A stretch of DNA of 64,000 nucleotides from Nitrosopumilus sp. (GCA_965214775.1 OZ243974.1:128001-192000); one strand, 5' to 3'; shown: positions 51,362 through 61,270, counted from the first letter of the stretch. The notes: generated from the letters alone by a model not told the origin. Translations and numbers: made by a program.

Positions 51362-52318
51362 CTAACTTATTGCAAGCATTCTGTCAATTGCCAGACGCGC
51401 CTTATCTGCAATGTCTTTGGGAACCGTAACGACGTTTTTTTCGTTGATTAATGTATCATAGACGTTTTCCAAGTTTATCATTTTCATGTATTGGCATTCG
51501 GCTTTTTCTGATGCTGGAACGAATGCTTTTTCAGGATTTTGCTGTCTCATCTTATACAAGATTCCGGTTTCAGTCGCAACAACAAAGTTTTTGGAAGGTG
51601 ATTTTTTTACATGATTCAGCATCCCTTCAGTAGAAAGAATAGAGACCTTCTTGTCATCATAGCTGCCATCGGCTACATCATACATCATAGGCGTGGTACA
51701 GCTGCACTCAGGATGAATGACAAATTCGGCACCTTTCATTGATTCTAATTTCTTTGCAACGTCGTCTGGAGTAATTCCGGCATGAACGTGGCATTCACCT
51801 GCCCAGATATGCATGTTTTTCCTTCCAGTCATTTTTGCCACATAAGAGCCCAAGAACATGTCAGGCAGGAACAAAATTTCCCTGTCTCTGGGAATTGCCT
51901 TAACGACATTGACTGCATTAGATGAAGTACAGCAGTAATCCAGTTCGGCCTTGATTTGTGCAGTGGTGTTCACATAGCCTACTGCAATGGCATTTGGATG
52001 CTGTTTCTTCCAATTTCTTAGCTCATCTACAGTAATTGAATCAGATAAAGAGCACCCAGCCTCCAAATCTGGAAGCAGTACCTTTTTTTGCGGACTGATG
52101 ATTGCAGCAGTCTCGGCCATAAAGTTCACCCCACAAAACAAAATTGTTTTTTGCGGAACCTTTGCTGCCTGCCTTGAAAGGCCAAGAGAATCCCCCGTAA
52201 AGTCAGCAATGTCCTGGACGTCGGGAATTTGGTAATTGTGGGCAAGTATGACAATGTCTTTTTCCTTTTTGAGCCTCAGTATTTCGTCTTTGAGTCGTGA
52301 GGATTGTTGTACAAGCAT
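51362..52318 (-). CDS. nadA: quinolinate synthase
   Basis: LAHNYQ, FCGVNFMAET, YVNT, HPEC. Confidence 0.95.
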   Translation of the reverse strand: MLVQQSSRLKDEILRLKKEKDIVILAHNYQIPDVQDIADFTGDSLGLSRQAAKVPQKTILFCGVNFMAETAAIISPQKKVLLPDLEAGCSLSDSITVDELRNWKKQHPNAIAVGYVNTTAQIKAELDYCCTSSNAVNVVKAIPRDREILFLPDMFLGSYVAKMTGRKNMHIWAGECHVHAGITPDDVAKKLESMKGAEFVIHPECSCTTPMMYDVADGSYDDKKVSILSTEGMLNHVKKSPSKNFVVATETGILYKMRQQNPEKAFVPASEKAECQYMKMINLENVYDTLINEKNVVTVPKDIADKARLAIDRMLAIS

Positions 52319-52417
52319 AGTCCTATGAAAATTGAAGTCAAGGGGATTTAAAGAATGGGAAGTAGTCCATATTTCTCAAGGATTCCGCCAAATGTGGCAA
52401 TTATTGCCATCATCATA

Positions 52418-53236
52418 TCACGTTCCAATCTGAATCTCATCTGAGCAATACTTTCTCAGAGTCTCGATTGCAGACAGGATTGCCAATCTGCTTGTTTTCG
52501 GATTGTTTGGGTCCGGAAAGTTTTCAGTCGTAAATGACATTCTTCCAAATTTTCCGGTAGCCTCTATATGATGAGTGTTTCTGTCAGTATCAGAGTCTGC
52601 GACGATTTTTACTCTGGTTTTTTCACTGCCCATGCCAGACAGAGAAAGCAAGGCAGCAACGTTGATGTTTGCCGGAAACAATGATACTGCCTCTCTTGCA
52701 GTTCCTTGGAAAATTACTGTCGGAGAAGAGATGTCATCCAGATTAATTTCAGAGGATTCAAAAAACTTTGCACCTTTAAGGGAGCGAGGATGTTTTGTGG
52801 TTGTAATGGAGAGGGATTCCAGTTCGTCTTTTACTGACTTTATCCCGTCAAGTCCGGCAATAGCCCCCGAGGGAAGATAGATGGCTTTTTTAAAGTCCCT
52901 GCATGCATCAGAGAAGATCTCCCATACTGATTCATCAAGCAAGGCGCCAACGCTCATTATCATCAGGTCTCGTCTGTTCTGCAGGACGCTCAGGCCCGCA
53001 TCCTTTACGGCATCCTGAGATGCAGCCTCTACGACAATGTCTACAGGATGCAGAGACAGCAGATGAGAGTTTTCAACTATTTCAGGCTTGGCAGTTAGTC
53101 TTGAAACCAGGGTTTGGGCTGCTTGCTTTGATTCATCAAAAACGTGTGTCAATGCTCCGTTGATCTTTCCAGAATCAATTGCCAGTGCAATTTGAGTTCC
53201 AATTGCGCCGCATCCCAAAAGACCGATTTTTTTCAA
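52418..53236 (-). CDS. nadX: aspartate dehydrogenase
   Basis: GCGAIG, SGAIAGLD, FPANINVAA, NPKTS; next to nadA. Confidence 0.92.
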   Translation of the reverse strand: MKKIGLLGCGAIGTQIALAIDSGKINGALTHVFDESKQAAQTLVSRLTAKPEIVENSHLLSLHPVDIVVEAASQDAVKDAGLSVLQNRRDLMIMSVGALLDESVWEIFSDACRDFKKAIYLPSGAIAGLDGIKSVKDELESLSITTTKHPRSLKGAKFFESSEINLDDISSPTVIFQGTAREAVSLFPANINVAALLSLSGMGSEKTRVKIVADSDTDRNTHHIEATGKFGRMSFTTENFPDPNNPKTSRLAILSAIETLRKYCSDEIQIGT

Positions 53237-53594
53237 CAGTGATGGTTGGATCTGTCTGTCTATTAATTAGTTCTAGGCGCAAAAGCAGAGTCCATGGTGA
53301 ATACTTTTAAGAAAAAACGGCAAAGCAGATGCAGTGAATGCAACAACTCGAGGAATTTTTCTTGGAATCTCTGCCATTTTACTAGTATCATCAGGCATGC
53401 CAGTCGATGCACAGGCAGTCGAATCGCCAAAAAAACAGATCAAAAGAGGGATTGCTCCTGAAGACATCCAATGTAATGTCTGGCTGGAACTATACTGACG
53501 ATCATTGAAAATTTCGCCTGATTACACGTCTTGTGAAGGTTTATAGACGCTATATGAAATCTTATCAGTATCCTGTGATATACAATTATCGTTG

Positions 53595-53712
53595 GGCCTG
53601 AGAGTCGATGTGATCTTACCATGTACAAGGGTGTTTTATAGACTGACTCGTAACAGCAGGCGGAAAGCAATATACCGCGTAGACGGTGAATGGGAGATTC
53701 CGCCCGGATCAG
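53595..53712 (+). ncRNA. putative IS110 bridge RNA (boundaries approximate)
   Basis: two stem/internal-loop/hairpin modules; TTTATAGA (53635-53642) equals the left target flank; ATGGGAGA (53690-53697) equals the element's right end. Confidence 0.72.
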
Positions 53713-53740
53713 GCATTTTGATCAAAAAGGAGGTGATAAC

Positions 53741-53965
53741 ATGATCAACTCGGCCACAGCAGTACGAAACGACTCAAGACTTGGTTCTATATATGAAAGG
53801 ATAAGAAAGAGACGAGGATGGCAGAAGGCAAAGATTGCAGTTGCAAGGCATATGCTGGAGATAATCTGGCACATGCTGACCACCGGAGAAGAGTACCGCA
53901 CTCAGAACAAGACTCTCACGCAGAGAAAGTATAAGAGGATGCATCGCATAGCAACATTGTCCTGA
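53741..53965 (+). pseudogene. IS110 recombinase C-terminal remnant
   Basis: AGGAGGTGA RBS then MI-NSATAVR..YERIRKRRGWQKAKIAVARHMLEIIWHMLTTGEEY; no DEDD domain. Confidence 0.8.
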
Positions 53966-54047
53966 TTCGGAACATCACGCTGGCAAGGGTCCACGGTAGG
54001 ATCTGGTACGATTTCATATGGGAGATCTCCGCCATGGCCCTTCTGAC

Positions 54048-55124
54048 ATGAACAAGACGAAAATCCTCACGGATGCCATGCGTGTCGAAAAGGATAACAG
54101 GGTTTATACCAGAATCCTAGCGGTGCGCTCCGTACTGCTTGGCAACACCACTGCACAGACCGCAGAGATTGCCGACGTGACACAGCGTACAGTACAGATG
54201 TGGGTTGAGAGGTTTGAGCTTGACGGCGTTGACGGTCTCCGTGACTCCCCCAACAGGGGGAAAAAGCCAAAGGTCCCAGTCGGCAGGATAAAAAAGATCG
54301 CCACGAGGGTGCGCAGGATGGAAAAGCTCACCCCGAAGAAGATGCGCAACTGGGTGCGCCGCAAACTGCATGTCACATACAGCGTTGGAAGCATCAGAAG
54401 AATCCTGCGCACGATGGGATTCTCGCTAAAGACGTCAACTACCAAGCTGGCAAATGCTGCCGACGCAAAGGAGGTAAGACGGTGGCAAAGGGAGGCAAAA
54501 GACACGATTAGGCTTGCAAAAAGGCGCGGATTCAGGATAACCGTACAGGACGAGTCGATATTCGTCAGTACGGGAAGGGACGGCAGAAAGTTCGTACAAC
54601 TTCAGGTCCTATTTAAACCGCCTAGGAATCTAGGAAGTATTTGCTTGCCAGTATAAATAGGACCTGAAGTTGTACGAAAGTTCTGGTCGCCAGTGGGGGA
54701 CAGGATCGAGGTGCAACGATCCGGCAGAAGGGAGCGCGTCGTGGTATACGGAACGGTTGCAGACGACGGAACCAGGCTGATGCACACATACGACAAGTTC
54801 AACAGCATAAACTTTGTGCGTTATCTCAAGCAGGCGCACAGAAAGTGGGGAAAGGTACTGATGGTGATGGACAACGCATCACAGCATAAGACCGGAAGGG
54901 TTCGTAGGTACCTGAAGAAAAATCCCGACGTTGTCCTGCTGTACCTGCCGGTAGCTAGGCCGGAGCTGAGTGGCATAGAGCCAATCTGGAAGGATGCCAA
55001 GTACAGGCTGGTCACATCTGCCTTTTACGATACGGCAGATCACCTCAAAAGAGCCGTCTCAGAATACTTTAGGACGTGTTCCATTAAAGTTGACATCTAC
55101 AAATATCTTGAGCGCCGCGTGTAA
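54048..55124 (+). pseudogene. IS630 transposase disrupted by a MITE
   Basis: nearly identical to 59113..60099; the 90-bp insertion introduces TAA at 54654-54656. Confidence 0.9.
54594..54675. mobile_element. MITE family F (82 bp)
   Basis: 22-bp perfect TIR GTACAACTTCAGGTCCTATTTA; 8-bp TSD GAAAGTTC; empty site in IS630 copy 2. Confidence 0.92.
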
Positions 55125-56033
55125 AGAAGGCGAAATTTTCAATGATCGTCAGTATAGTCATCAGGGATAACGGAAATCCGGCCTGTGTTACAGCAAGTAC
55201 TGCTGAAAAGATGAAGAGTTTGGGAATTGCCTTTGGCCTGGCTCCTGTTTCAAAATCCGAAAATCAGATCCAATCAATTCCAGCATCAGGTGAATCCACA
55301 GTCAGTTTCTACATTACAGATCATGATTTGAATTTGGCCCATGGCGGAGTGGAAATCATTGAGACGGACGGACTTTTGGAATTTACGGTTAATGGGAAAG
55401 CAATTCCCGGACCAGAAACAATGATTGAGACGGGTCCTAATACAGGTCAGTTTTATGTAAAGCTGGAACTGCCTGACACAGTAAATGGAAGACAAATCAG
55501 CCAGGATGACATCGTTCTGGTCAGATATCTGGATCAATCAGATGATGCAGGAGAGCAGAGAGTTCTAGTCAAATCTGTAAAACTTTCAAAAACGTTTGCC
55601 AAAATCCAGACGGCAGGAGGAGGCGGCTCAAGAATAGGACATGAGTTTACCGTGCGAATATACGAGTCGGATGCAAATATGGATTCCAAGGAAGTGGACA
55701 GAATTTCTCTGAGTTTGTTAGAGTTCAGAGGGGAGGGCGGAATCAGAACAACATTGGCAAATCCAAAATTTGACGCAAACTCTGCATTCCTTTTAGAAAC
55801 AGAACCCAACTCAAGCACATTTGAAGTGAAGGTAAAAATTCCAAGGGAGGTGGATGGAAAAACAATCCACATCGGAGACAAATACGAAATCAGATATATC
55901 GACAGATCCACTACGTCAGATACGGATGAGAAAGTGATCTTCAGTGGCAGGATTGGATGATGGTTTTAATGGATCAGGTTTGTCAATATTCAGTATAACC
56001 TAAAGATTTTATTCAAAACAACGAACTAGTTGT

Positions 56034-56870
56034 GTGCTCAATACTGTATACAAGGATGCCATCGTAAACAGAGACAAAATGCTCTCAGTTCTCAAAGGTC
56101 CCAAATTTGAGGAAATTATCAACAAGGCAAGAGAGAACTGGGTAGAATTTACGCCTGTAAAAGAAGAAGTTGTTACAGCAGGCATCGATAGTAGTTTCAA
56201 TAATACAAAATTTCAAGGAATTGATCTTTGGGCAACCACGGCTGTATCCATCAAAGATGATGGTGAAATTCTGGTTGATTTGCATGATTCAGGATTAGGT
56301 TCAGACACTAACTTGTCTAGAATTGCAAGTAGAATGGAAATTGAAGCCTGTGAGAAAACAGTGGATGCGGTAGATTTGGTTTTGATGGACGGATCTTTGC
56401 ATTCACAGTTTCTGACAAGACAATCAACGCTTGATGCACTTGTTGTAAAAACAATGAAAAAAAGAAACAATGTAATCTTTATTGCAAAAACATCAAACAC
56501 AAAAAAACAATTTGAAAAACTAGGTTCACTTGCCGGAGATATCTTCTATTACAATCATGTAACAAACAACCCCGGATTTAGTAAAATCTTTGTAGAGAGA
56601 AAATATGGCATAGACAAGATAATCTCTTCTACTTTTGTCAGGTTAAGCGACTCTACCCCCATTATCAAATTAGAATTTTTAGGAGGGCAAATTAATGAGC
56701 AGAAAATCAAGTCTGTAATGAACAAGATATACAAAACAAGTATTGGAGGCTATCCATATGCTCTCAAATTAGCTCACAACAACTGTAAGATATCCGACAA
56801 GGAACTTGGAAAAATGGTAAGCTTATTAGGATTAAGTAATGAGATTGGTTCAAGGGAGGTCTTGGGTTGA
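56034..56870 (+). CDS. nurA: DNA double-strand break repair nuclease NurA
   Basis: AGIDSS, LMDGSL, GYPYALKLAHNNCKI; overlaps herA. Confidence 0.9.
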   Translation: MLNTVYKDAIVNRDKMLSVLKGPKFEEIINKARENWVEFTPVKEEVVTAGIDSSFNNTKFQGIDLWATTAVSIKDDGEILVDLHDSGLGSDTNLSRIASRMEIEACEKTVDAVDLVLMDGSLHSQFLTRQSTLDALVVKTMKKRNNVIFIAKTSNTKKQFEKLGSLAGDIFYYNHVTNNPGFSKIFVERKYGIDKIISSTFVRLSDSTPIIKLEFLGGQINEQKIKSVMNKIYKTSIGGYPYALKLAHNNCKISDKELGKMVSLLGLSNEIGSREVLG

Positions 56871-58399
56871 GTCTTGGTTTTGTTGTTGGTGAATCCAAAC
56901 CAACTTTTGTAACTGCAATTACATCAAGAGCATTATCTGTTGGAGAATACATCAAAATTGGTTCTGGCCAAGGAGAGATCTTGGGATTGGTTGAAAGATC
57001 TTCAGTTTCAAGTGCGGCATTTGCTGATGTGAAAAATTTTGATGAAGCAGTAGAAAGTACTGAAATTGCAGAGATAAACAAACGCGATAAAACATTTACG
57101 GCCAATATTGGAATTTTGGGATTCCTCAGTAATTTGAAGAAGGGCAAGTCAATCATCCCCGCAATTCCGCCTATTCCAGGCACAGAGATAACACAGCCAA
57201 CAAAGCAGGACCTTGAAGAGATCTTCAGTCCTAAGGAAAATGGCTGGGTAAAGATTGGGAGTCTTTTGAGAAACAACACAATTGATGCATGTATTAATTT
57301 AGACAAAATAGTTTCAAGACATTTAGGAATTCTTGCCATGACAGGAATGGGCAAGAGCAATCTAGTCTCATTAGTTACAAAACAAATTTCCAGACTAAAG
57401 GGAACAGTAATTATTTTTGATTATCATAATGATTACACATCTCTAAACATTCCCAGAGTCAATGTGATTGATGCAAAAATCAATCCCAGGTTATTGGATG
57501 CAGACCAACTTTCAGAAGTTTTAGAAATTAGAGACGGTGCAAATGTGCAACAAAGAGTCCTAAGAATGGCATTCACAAAACATGTCAAAGAAGCAAAAGA
57601 ATTTTGGAGTAAGTTAGAAACAGAGATTGATTCTATCGTAAACTCTGAAGATAGAAGATTAAAGGAAGTCAGAACATCAGCTTACAGAGTTCAGGATATT
57701 ATCGAAGAGGCACAAAAAAGATTTGAAGATATTTTAGATCCCGACATGGGAGATCCCATCAGTTTTATCAAAGAAGGCAGGACAAATGTATTGAACATTT
57801 CGGAATTATCTGAAAAACAGGCAAATGTTGCTGTTGCGTTTTATTTACAACAGTTGCTCAAAGATAGAAAAGATGCAAGCATTGCAAGACATGGGAAAAC
57901 AAAGAGACAGAGAAATTTCAGATTCAATTCACCAATTTTTGTAATAATAGAGGAGGCACATGTGTTTATTCCAAAAGATCACGATACCAGTGCAAAATAT
58001 TGGGCTGCAAAAATTGCCAGAGAAGGAAGAAAGTTTGGTCTCGGTTTAGGAGTAGTTTCTCAAAGACCTCGGAGTGTGGATCTTAATGTGCTCAGCCAAA
58101 TGGGCTCCTTTGCAATAATGAAAATTATCCAAGAAGATGATCAAAGGCAGATAGCCTCAGCCACAGAGTCTACTAGCCGTGAATTAATTGCTCAATTGAC
58201 ATCTTTGAACGTTGGAGATGCGGTTTTGGTGGGTCAATGGACCAATTTGCCATCTTTGGTGCATGTTGAGGAAGTAAAAGAGAAAATAATGGGATCAGAT
58301 CAAAGTGCAGTTAATGCATGGGCTAATGCTGAGAAAATGAACAAGGTTGCCATAGAATCAACACAGGGCTTAATAAAGAAAGATTTGTTGTTAGACTAA
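56867..58399 (+). CDS. herA: HerA helicase
   Basis: RHLGILAMTGMGKS, IEEAH, IAREGRKFG, SQRP. Confidence 0.93.
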   Translation: MSLGFVVGESKPTFVTAITSRALSVGEYIKIGSGQGEILGLVERSSVSSAAFADVKNFDEAVESTEIAEINKRDKTFTANIGILGFLSNLKKGKSIIPAIPPIPGTEITQPTKQDLEEIFSPKENGWVKIGSLLRNNTIDACINLDKIVSRHLGILAMTGMGKSNLVSLVTKQISRLKGTVIIFDYHNDYTSLNIPRVNVIDAKINPRLLDADQLSEVLEIRDGANVQQRVLRMAFTKHVKEAKEFWSKLETEIDSIVNSEDRRLKEVRTSAYRVQDIIEEAQKRFEDILDPDMGDPISFIKEGRTNVLNISELSEKQANVAVAFYLQQLLKDRKDASIARHGKTKRQRNFRFNSPIFVIIEEAHVFIPKDHDTSAKYWAAKIAREGRKFGLGLGVVSQRPRSVDLNVLSQMGSFAIMKIIQEDDQRQIASATESTSRELIAQLTSLNVGDAVLVGQWTNLPSLVHVEEVKEKIMGSDQSAVNAWANAEKMNKVAIESTQGLIKKDLLLD

Positions 58400-58588
58400 A
58401 TTGTTACCTGATATGCCGATTTCACCCGTTTGTTCCACAAGAGCACCGCCGTTTATGTGCCTGATTTTTACGGATTTTGTGTCAAAAAATCACACATGGT
58501 TGATGTGTCAGACAAGACGTATCTTGGCAGCCTTTGCCGCTGCGTCTTTTTCCTCTCGTACTCAGGCAATTCTGCAGACAGAGGAGAG

Positions 58589-58697
58589 TCCTCGTTCTCA
58601 TTGTACCGACAAGTCTGTTCTGCTGACATGCAAAATCCCATGCATGCAGAGCCGTGGATGGATCCTCGTTCTCATTGTACCGACAAGTCTGTTCTGC
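58589..58697. repeat. 35-bp direct repeat pair, 39-bp gap
   Basis: TCCTCGTTCTCATTGTACCGACAAGTCTGTTCTGC at 58589-58623 and 58663-58697. Confidence 0.9.
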
Positions 58698-59035
58698 CCC
58701 TCAGTTGTCCTGTCCCTTGCCTTTATGACATTTTCTAACGTGGTTATTCTGTCTGTAATCGATGCAATTGCGGTCTCAGGCTCACGATATGTTGGCCGGC
58801 GACCTTTTATGATGCCGATGTTGTGCGGGGGTTGTATTTGGATCAGTGGGATTAGGACATATCAAACAGATTGTCAAGGTACAGATGGCCACACACTTGG
58901 CACGTGCCACCAATGTTATTAGTTACAAATCAAAGTTACATCAGAATCATCATGGGAATTCCAGTCAACGGAACACCGGAGTTTGTAAAACTTTTCCAGT
59001 CTCTAAATAAAACAGAACGACTATTCAGGGAACTA

Positions 59036-60128
59036 TACTGACGATCATTGAAAATTTCGCCTGATTACACGTCTTGTGAAGGTTTATAGATCTCCGCCAT
59101 GGCCCTTCTGACATGAACAAGACGAAAATCCTCACGGACGCCATGCATGTAGAAAAGGATAACAGGGTTTATACCAGAATCCTGGCGGTGCGCTCCGTAC
59201 TGCTTGGCAACACCACTGCACAGACCGCAGAGATTGCCGACGTGACACAGCGTACCGTACAGATGTGGGTTGAGAGGTTTGAGCTTGACGGCGTTGACGG
59301 TCTCCGTGACTCCCCCAACAGGGGCAAAAAGCCAAAGGTTCCAATCAACAGGATAAAAAAGATCGCCATGAGGCTGCGCAGGATGGAAAAGCTCACCCCA
59401 AAGAAGATGCGCAACTGGGTGCGCCGCAAACTGCATGTAACATACAGCGTTGGAAGCATCAGAAGAATCCTGCGCACGATGGGATTCTCGCTAAAGACGT
59501 CAACTACCAAGCTGGCAGATGCTGCCGACGCAAAGGAGGTAAGACGATGGCAAAGGGAGGCAAAAGACACGATTAGGCTTGCAAAAAGGCGCGGATTCAG
59601 GATAACCGTACAGGACGAGTCGATATTCGTCAGTACGGGAAGGGACGGCAAAAAGTTCTGGTCGCCAGTGGGGGACAGAATCGAGGTGCAACGATCCGGC
59701 AGAAGGGAGCGCGTCGTGGTATACGGAACGGTTGCAGACGACGGAACCAGGCTGATGCGTACATACGACAAGTTCAACAGCATAAACTTTGTGCGTTATC
59801 TCAAGCAGGCGCGCAAAAAGTGGGGAAAGGTTCTGATTGTGATGGACAACGCAGCACAGCATAGGACCGGAAGGGTCCGCATGTACCTGGAGAAAAATCC
59901 CGACGTTATCCTGCTGTACCTGCCGGTAGCCAGGCCGGAGCTGAGCGCCATAGAGCCAATCTGGAAGGATGCCAAGTACATACTGGTCACATCTGCCTTT
60001 TACGATTCGGCAGATCACCTCAAAAGGGATGTCTCGGAATACTTTAGGACGTGTTCCATCAAGGTTGACATCTACAAATATCTTGAGCGCCGCGTGTAAT
60101 CAGGCGAAATTTTCAATGATCGTCAGTA
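59036..60128 (+). mobile_element. IS630-family element copy 2, intact (1093 bp)
   Basis: TIRs TACTGACGATCATTGAAAATTTCGCCTGATTACACG; TA duplication at 59034-59035 and 60129-60130. Confidence 0.95.
59113..60099 (+). CDS. IS630 transposase
   Basis: HTH domains; QDES, MDNAAQH, LPVARPELSAIEPIW DDE motifs. Confidence 0.93.
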   Translation: MNKTKILTDAMHVEKDNRVYTRILAVRSVLLGNTTAQTAEIADVTQRTVQMWVERFELDGVDGLRDSPNRGKKPKVPINRIKKIAMRLRRMEKLTPKKMRNWVRRKLHVTYSVGSIRRILRTMGFSLKTSTTKLADAADAKEVRRWQREAKDTIRLAKRRGFRITVQDESIFVSTGRDGKKFWSPVGDRIEVQRSGRRERVVVYGTVADDGTRLMRTYDKFNSINFVRYLKQARKKWGKVLIVMDNAAQHRTGRVRMYLEKNPDVILLYLPVARPELSAIEPIWKDAKYILVTSAFYDSADHLKRDVSEYFRTCSIKVDIYKYLERRV

Positions 60129-60364
60129 TAGATGCAATCTTAGAGGCACTTGCAGAAAACCCCCTACTAGGGGAACGGATAAGATTTGAATTGGTTCCAA
60201 AATCACTTAAGAAGCGGTACCCGGATCTTGACAACCTGTTGCGGGTTGAGGTAAACAAGAGATGGCGTTTGTTGTATACTTTAGTCGGATGGCCACAAAA
60301 CAAAACGGTGTATGTCTTGATGGCCATGCCTCACAAAGAATATGATAGACTGTTTGGCTATTGA

Positions 60365-60655
60365 TCACTTCAATGGAATTGAATTCTCTTCCAAACCAAC
60401 CAGTCCCGGTTTGTCTCTTGCAAATATCCAGAACACCGCACCGTTCTTGTCGTATGCTATTTTGTTTGATTCTTCTAAACACACTAGAACTTTCTTGAAG
60501 GTGGCATGTTGTATGCGACGTGGCAATGCGTTATACAGTTCTGTTGCAGTTCTAAAATCTCGATTTGACTCTATTGTCTGCTCTACCATTTGTATCGTAT
60601 CAAGAGTCGGGCTGTGAGTCGTTTTCTTTGCTGCAACAGCTGCACTTTTACTCAT
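60365..60655 (-). CDS. winged-helix-like hypothetical protein
   Basis: SPTLDTIQMVE..TELYNALPR..LEESNKI..G.VFWI. Confidence 0.7.
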   Translation of the reverse strand: MSKSAAVAAKKTTHSPTLDTIQMVEQTIESNRDFRTATELYNALPRRIQHATFKKVLVCLEESNKIAYDKNGAVFWIFARDKPGLVGLEENSIPLK

Positions 60656-60692
60656 ACAATGTAATGAACATTATTGTATATTTACATTATTG

Positions 60693-60775
60693 TATAGCAA
60701 CGGGCAGAAGTCTTTGAGTCAAAGTAGGTCATAACTACACGTAAAAAACCTCAATTATTTCTGCTCATTGCTATA
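60693..60775 (+). mobile_element. MITE family E
   Basis: near-identical to 8238-8320. Confidence 0.9.
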
Positions 60776-60780
60776 CATAC

Positions 60781-60901
60781 CAGTCTTCCCAGAAGTACGC
60801 GATTCATGACTGTGCAGATGGTGGTAAGTGAATCTGCAGGCATCATAATTTGGTTTGCCTCAAATCAGGAGCCGTTTTCCCGGTTACTTCTGGGAAGACT
60901 G
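60781..60901. mobile_element. MITE family G (121 bp)
   Basis: 17-bp perfect TIR CAGTCTTCCCAGAAGTA; ATAC on both flanks. Confidence 0.75.
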
Positions 60902-61051
60902 ATACATGCATACAGTCCTCTCAAAAGTTCCCAGGAAAACGGCTCCAAGCTCAAAACAGTGTAAACCAAGCTGCCTGCAGATCCGCACGTCGCCGTCTCC
61001 ATCCCCACGAGTCGTGCACGTCTGGAAAGACGGACATGCAGTTAAGCATGA

Positions 61052-61134
61052 TATAGCAACGAGCAGAAATAATTGAGGTTTTTTACGTGTGGTTATGACC
61101 TACTTTGACTCAAAGACTTCTGCCCGTTGCTATA
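61052..61134 (-). mobile_element. MITE family E (inverted)
   Basis: reverse complement of 60693-60775. Confidence 0.9.
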
Positions 61135-61270
61135 CATAGAATTGAAAGATGGTCATTTCTTATCGAAATGGGTACATATGTATCAAAATTATAGTTCATT
61201 TTTTTGATGTGCGCACTACGAAATGTACTCTAAATCAAGCATCAATAATGATGTTTGGACTCTCATCGTC

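Larger units (their letters stand above)
53548..54025 (+). mobile_element. internally deleted IS110-family element (478 bp)
   Basis: absent from IS630 copy 2; AGA core at both junctions; subterminal IR ATATGAAATC (53552-53561 / 54010-54019); IS110-like C-terminal peptide. Confidence 0.85.
53493..55154 (+). mobile_element. IS630-family element copy 1 with two nested insertions
   Basis: TIR TACTGACGATCATTGAAAATTTCGCCT; TA duplication; colinear with 59036-60128. Confidence 0.93.
53334..55960 (+). pseudogene. secreted protein gene split by IS630
   Basis: 53334-53492 (signal peptide..EDIQCNVWLEL) and 55157-55960 (VIRDNGNPACV..) join in frame when the IS and one TA are removed. Confidence 0.85.
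58952..60364 (+). pseudogene. RelE/ParE-like toxin gene split by IS630
   Basis: MGIPVNG..LFREL (58952-59035) joins DAILEALAENPLLGERI..RWRLLYTL..HKEYDRLFGY (60131-60364) in frame. Confidence 0.75.

Noticed and set aside
53659-53666. GGCGGAAA as the right target guide (7/8 complement of TCTCCGCC)
   Set aside because: It pairs perfectly with TTCCGCC at 53698-53704 as the closing stem of module 2, so the match is ambiguous and was not counted as evidence.
58589-58697. Bona fide CRISPR array
   Set aside because: Only two repeats, and no leader or cas genes in the window; kept only as a low-interest note.
58401-58922. 173-aa and 102-aa ORFs after herA
   Set aside because: Cys-rich random-looking composition running through repeats; no recognisable domain.
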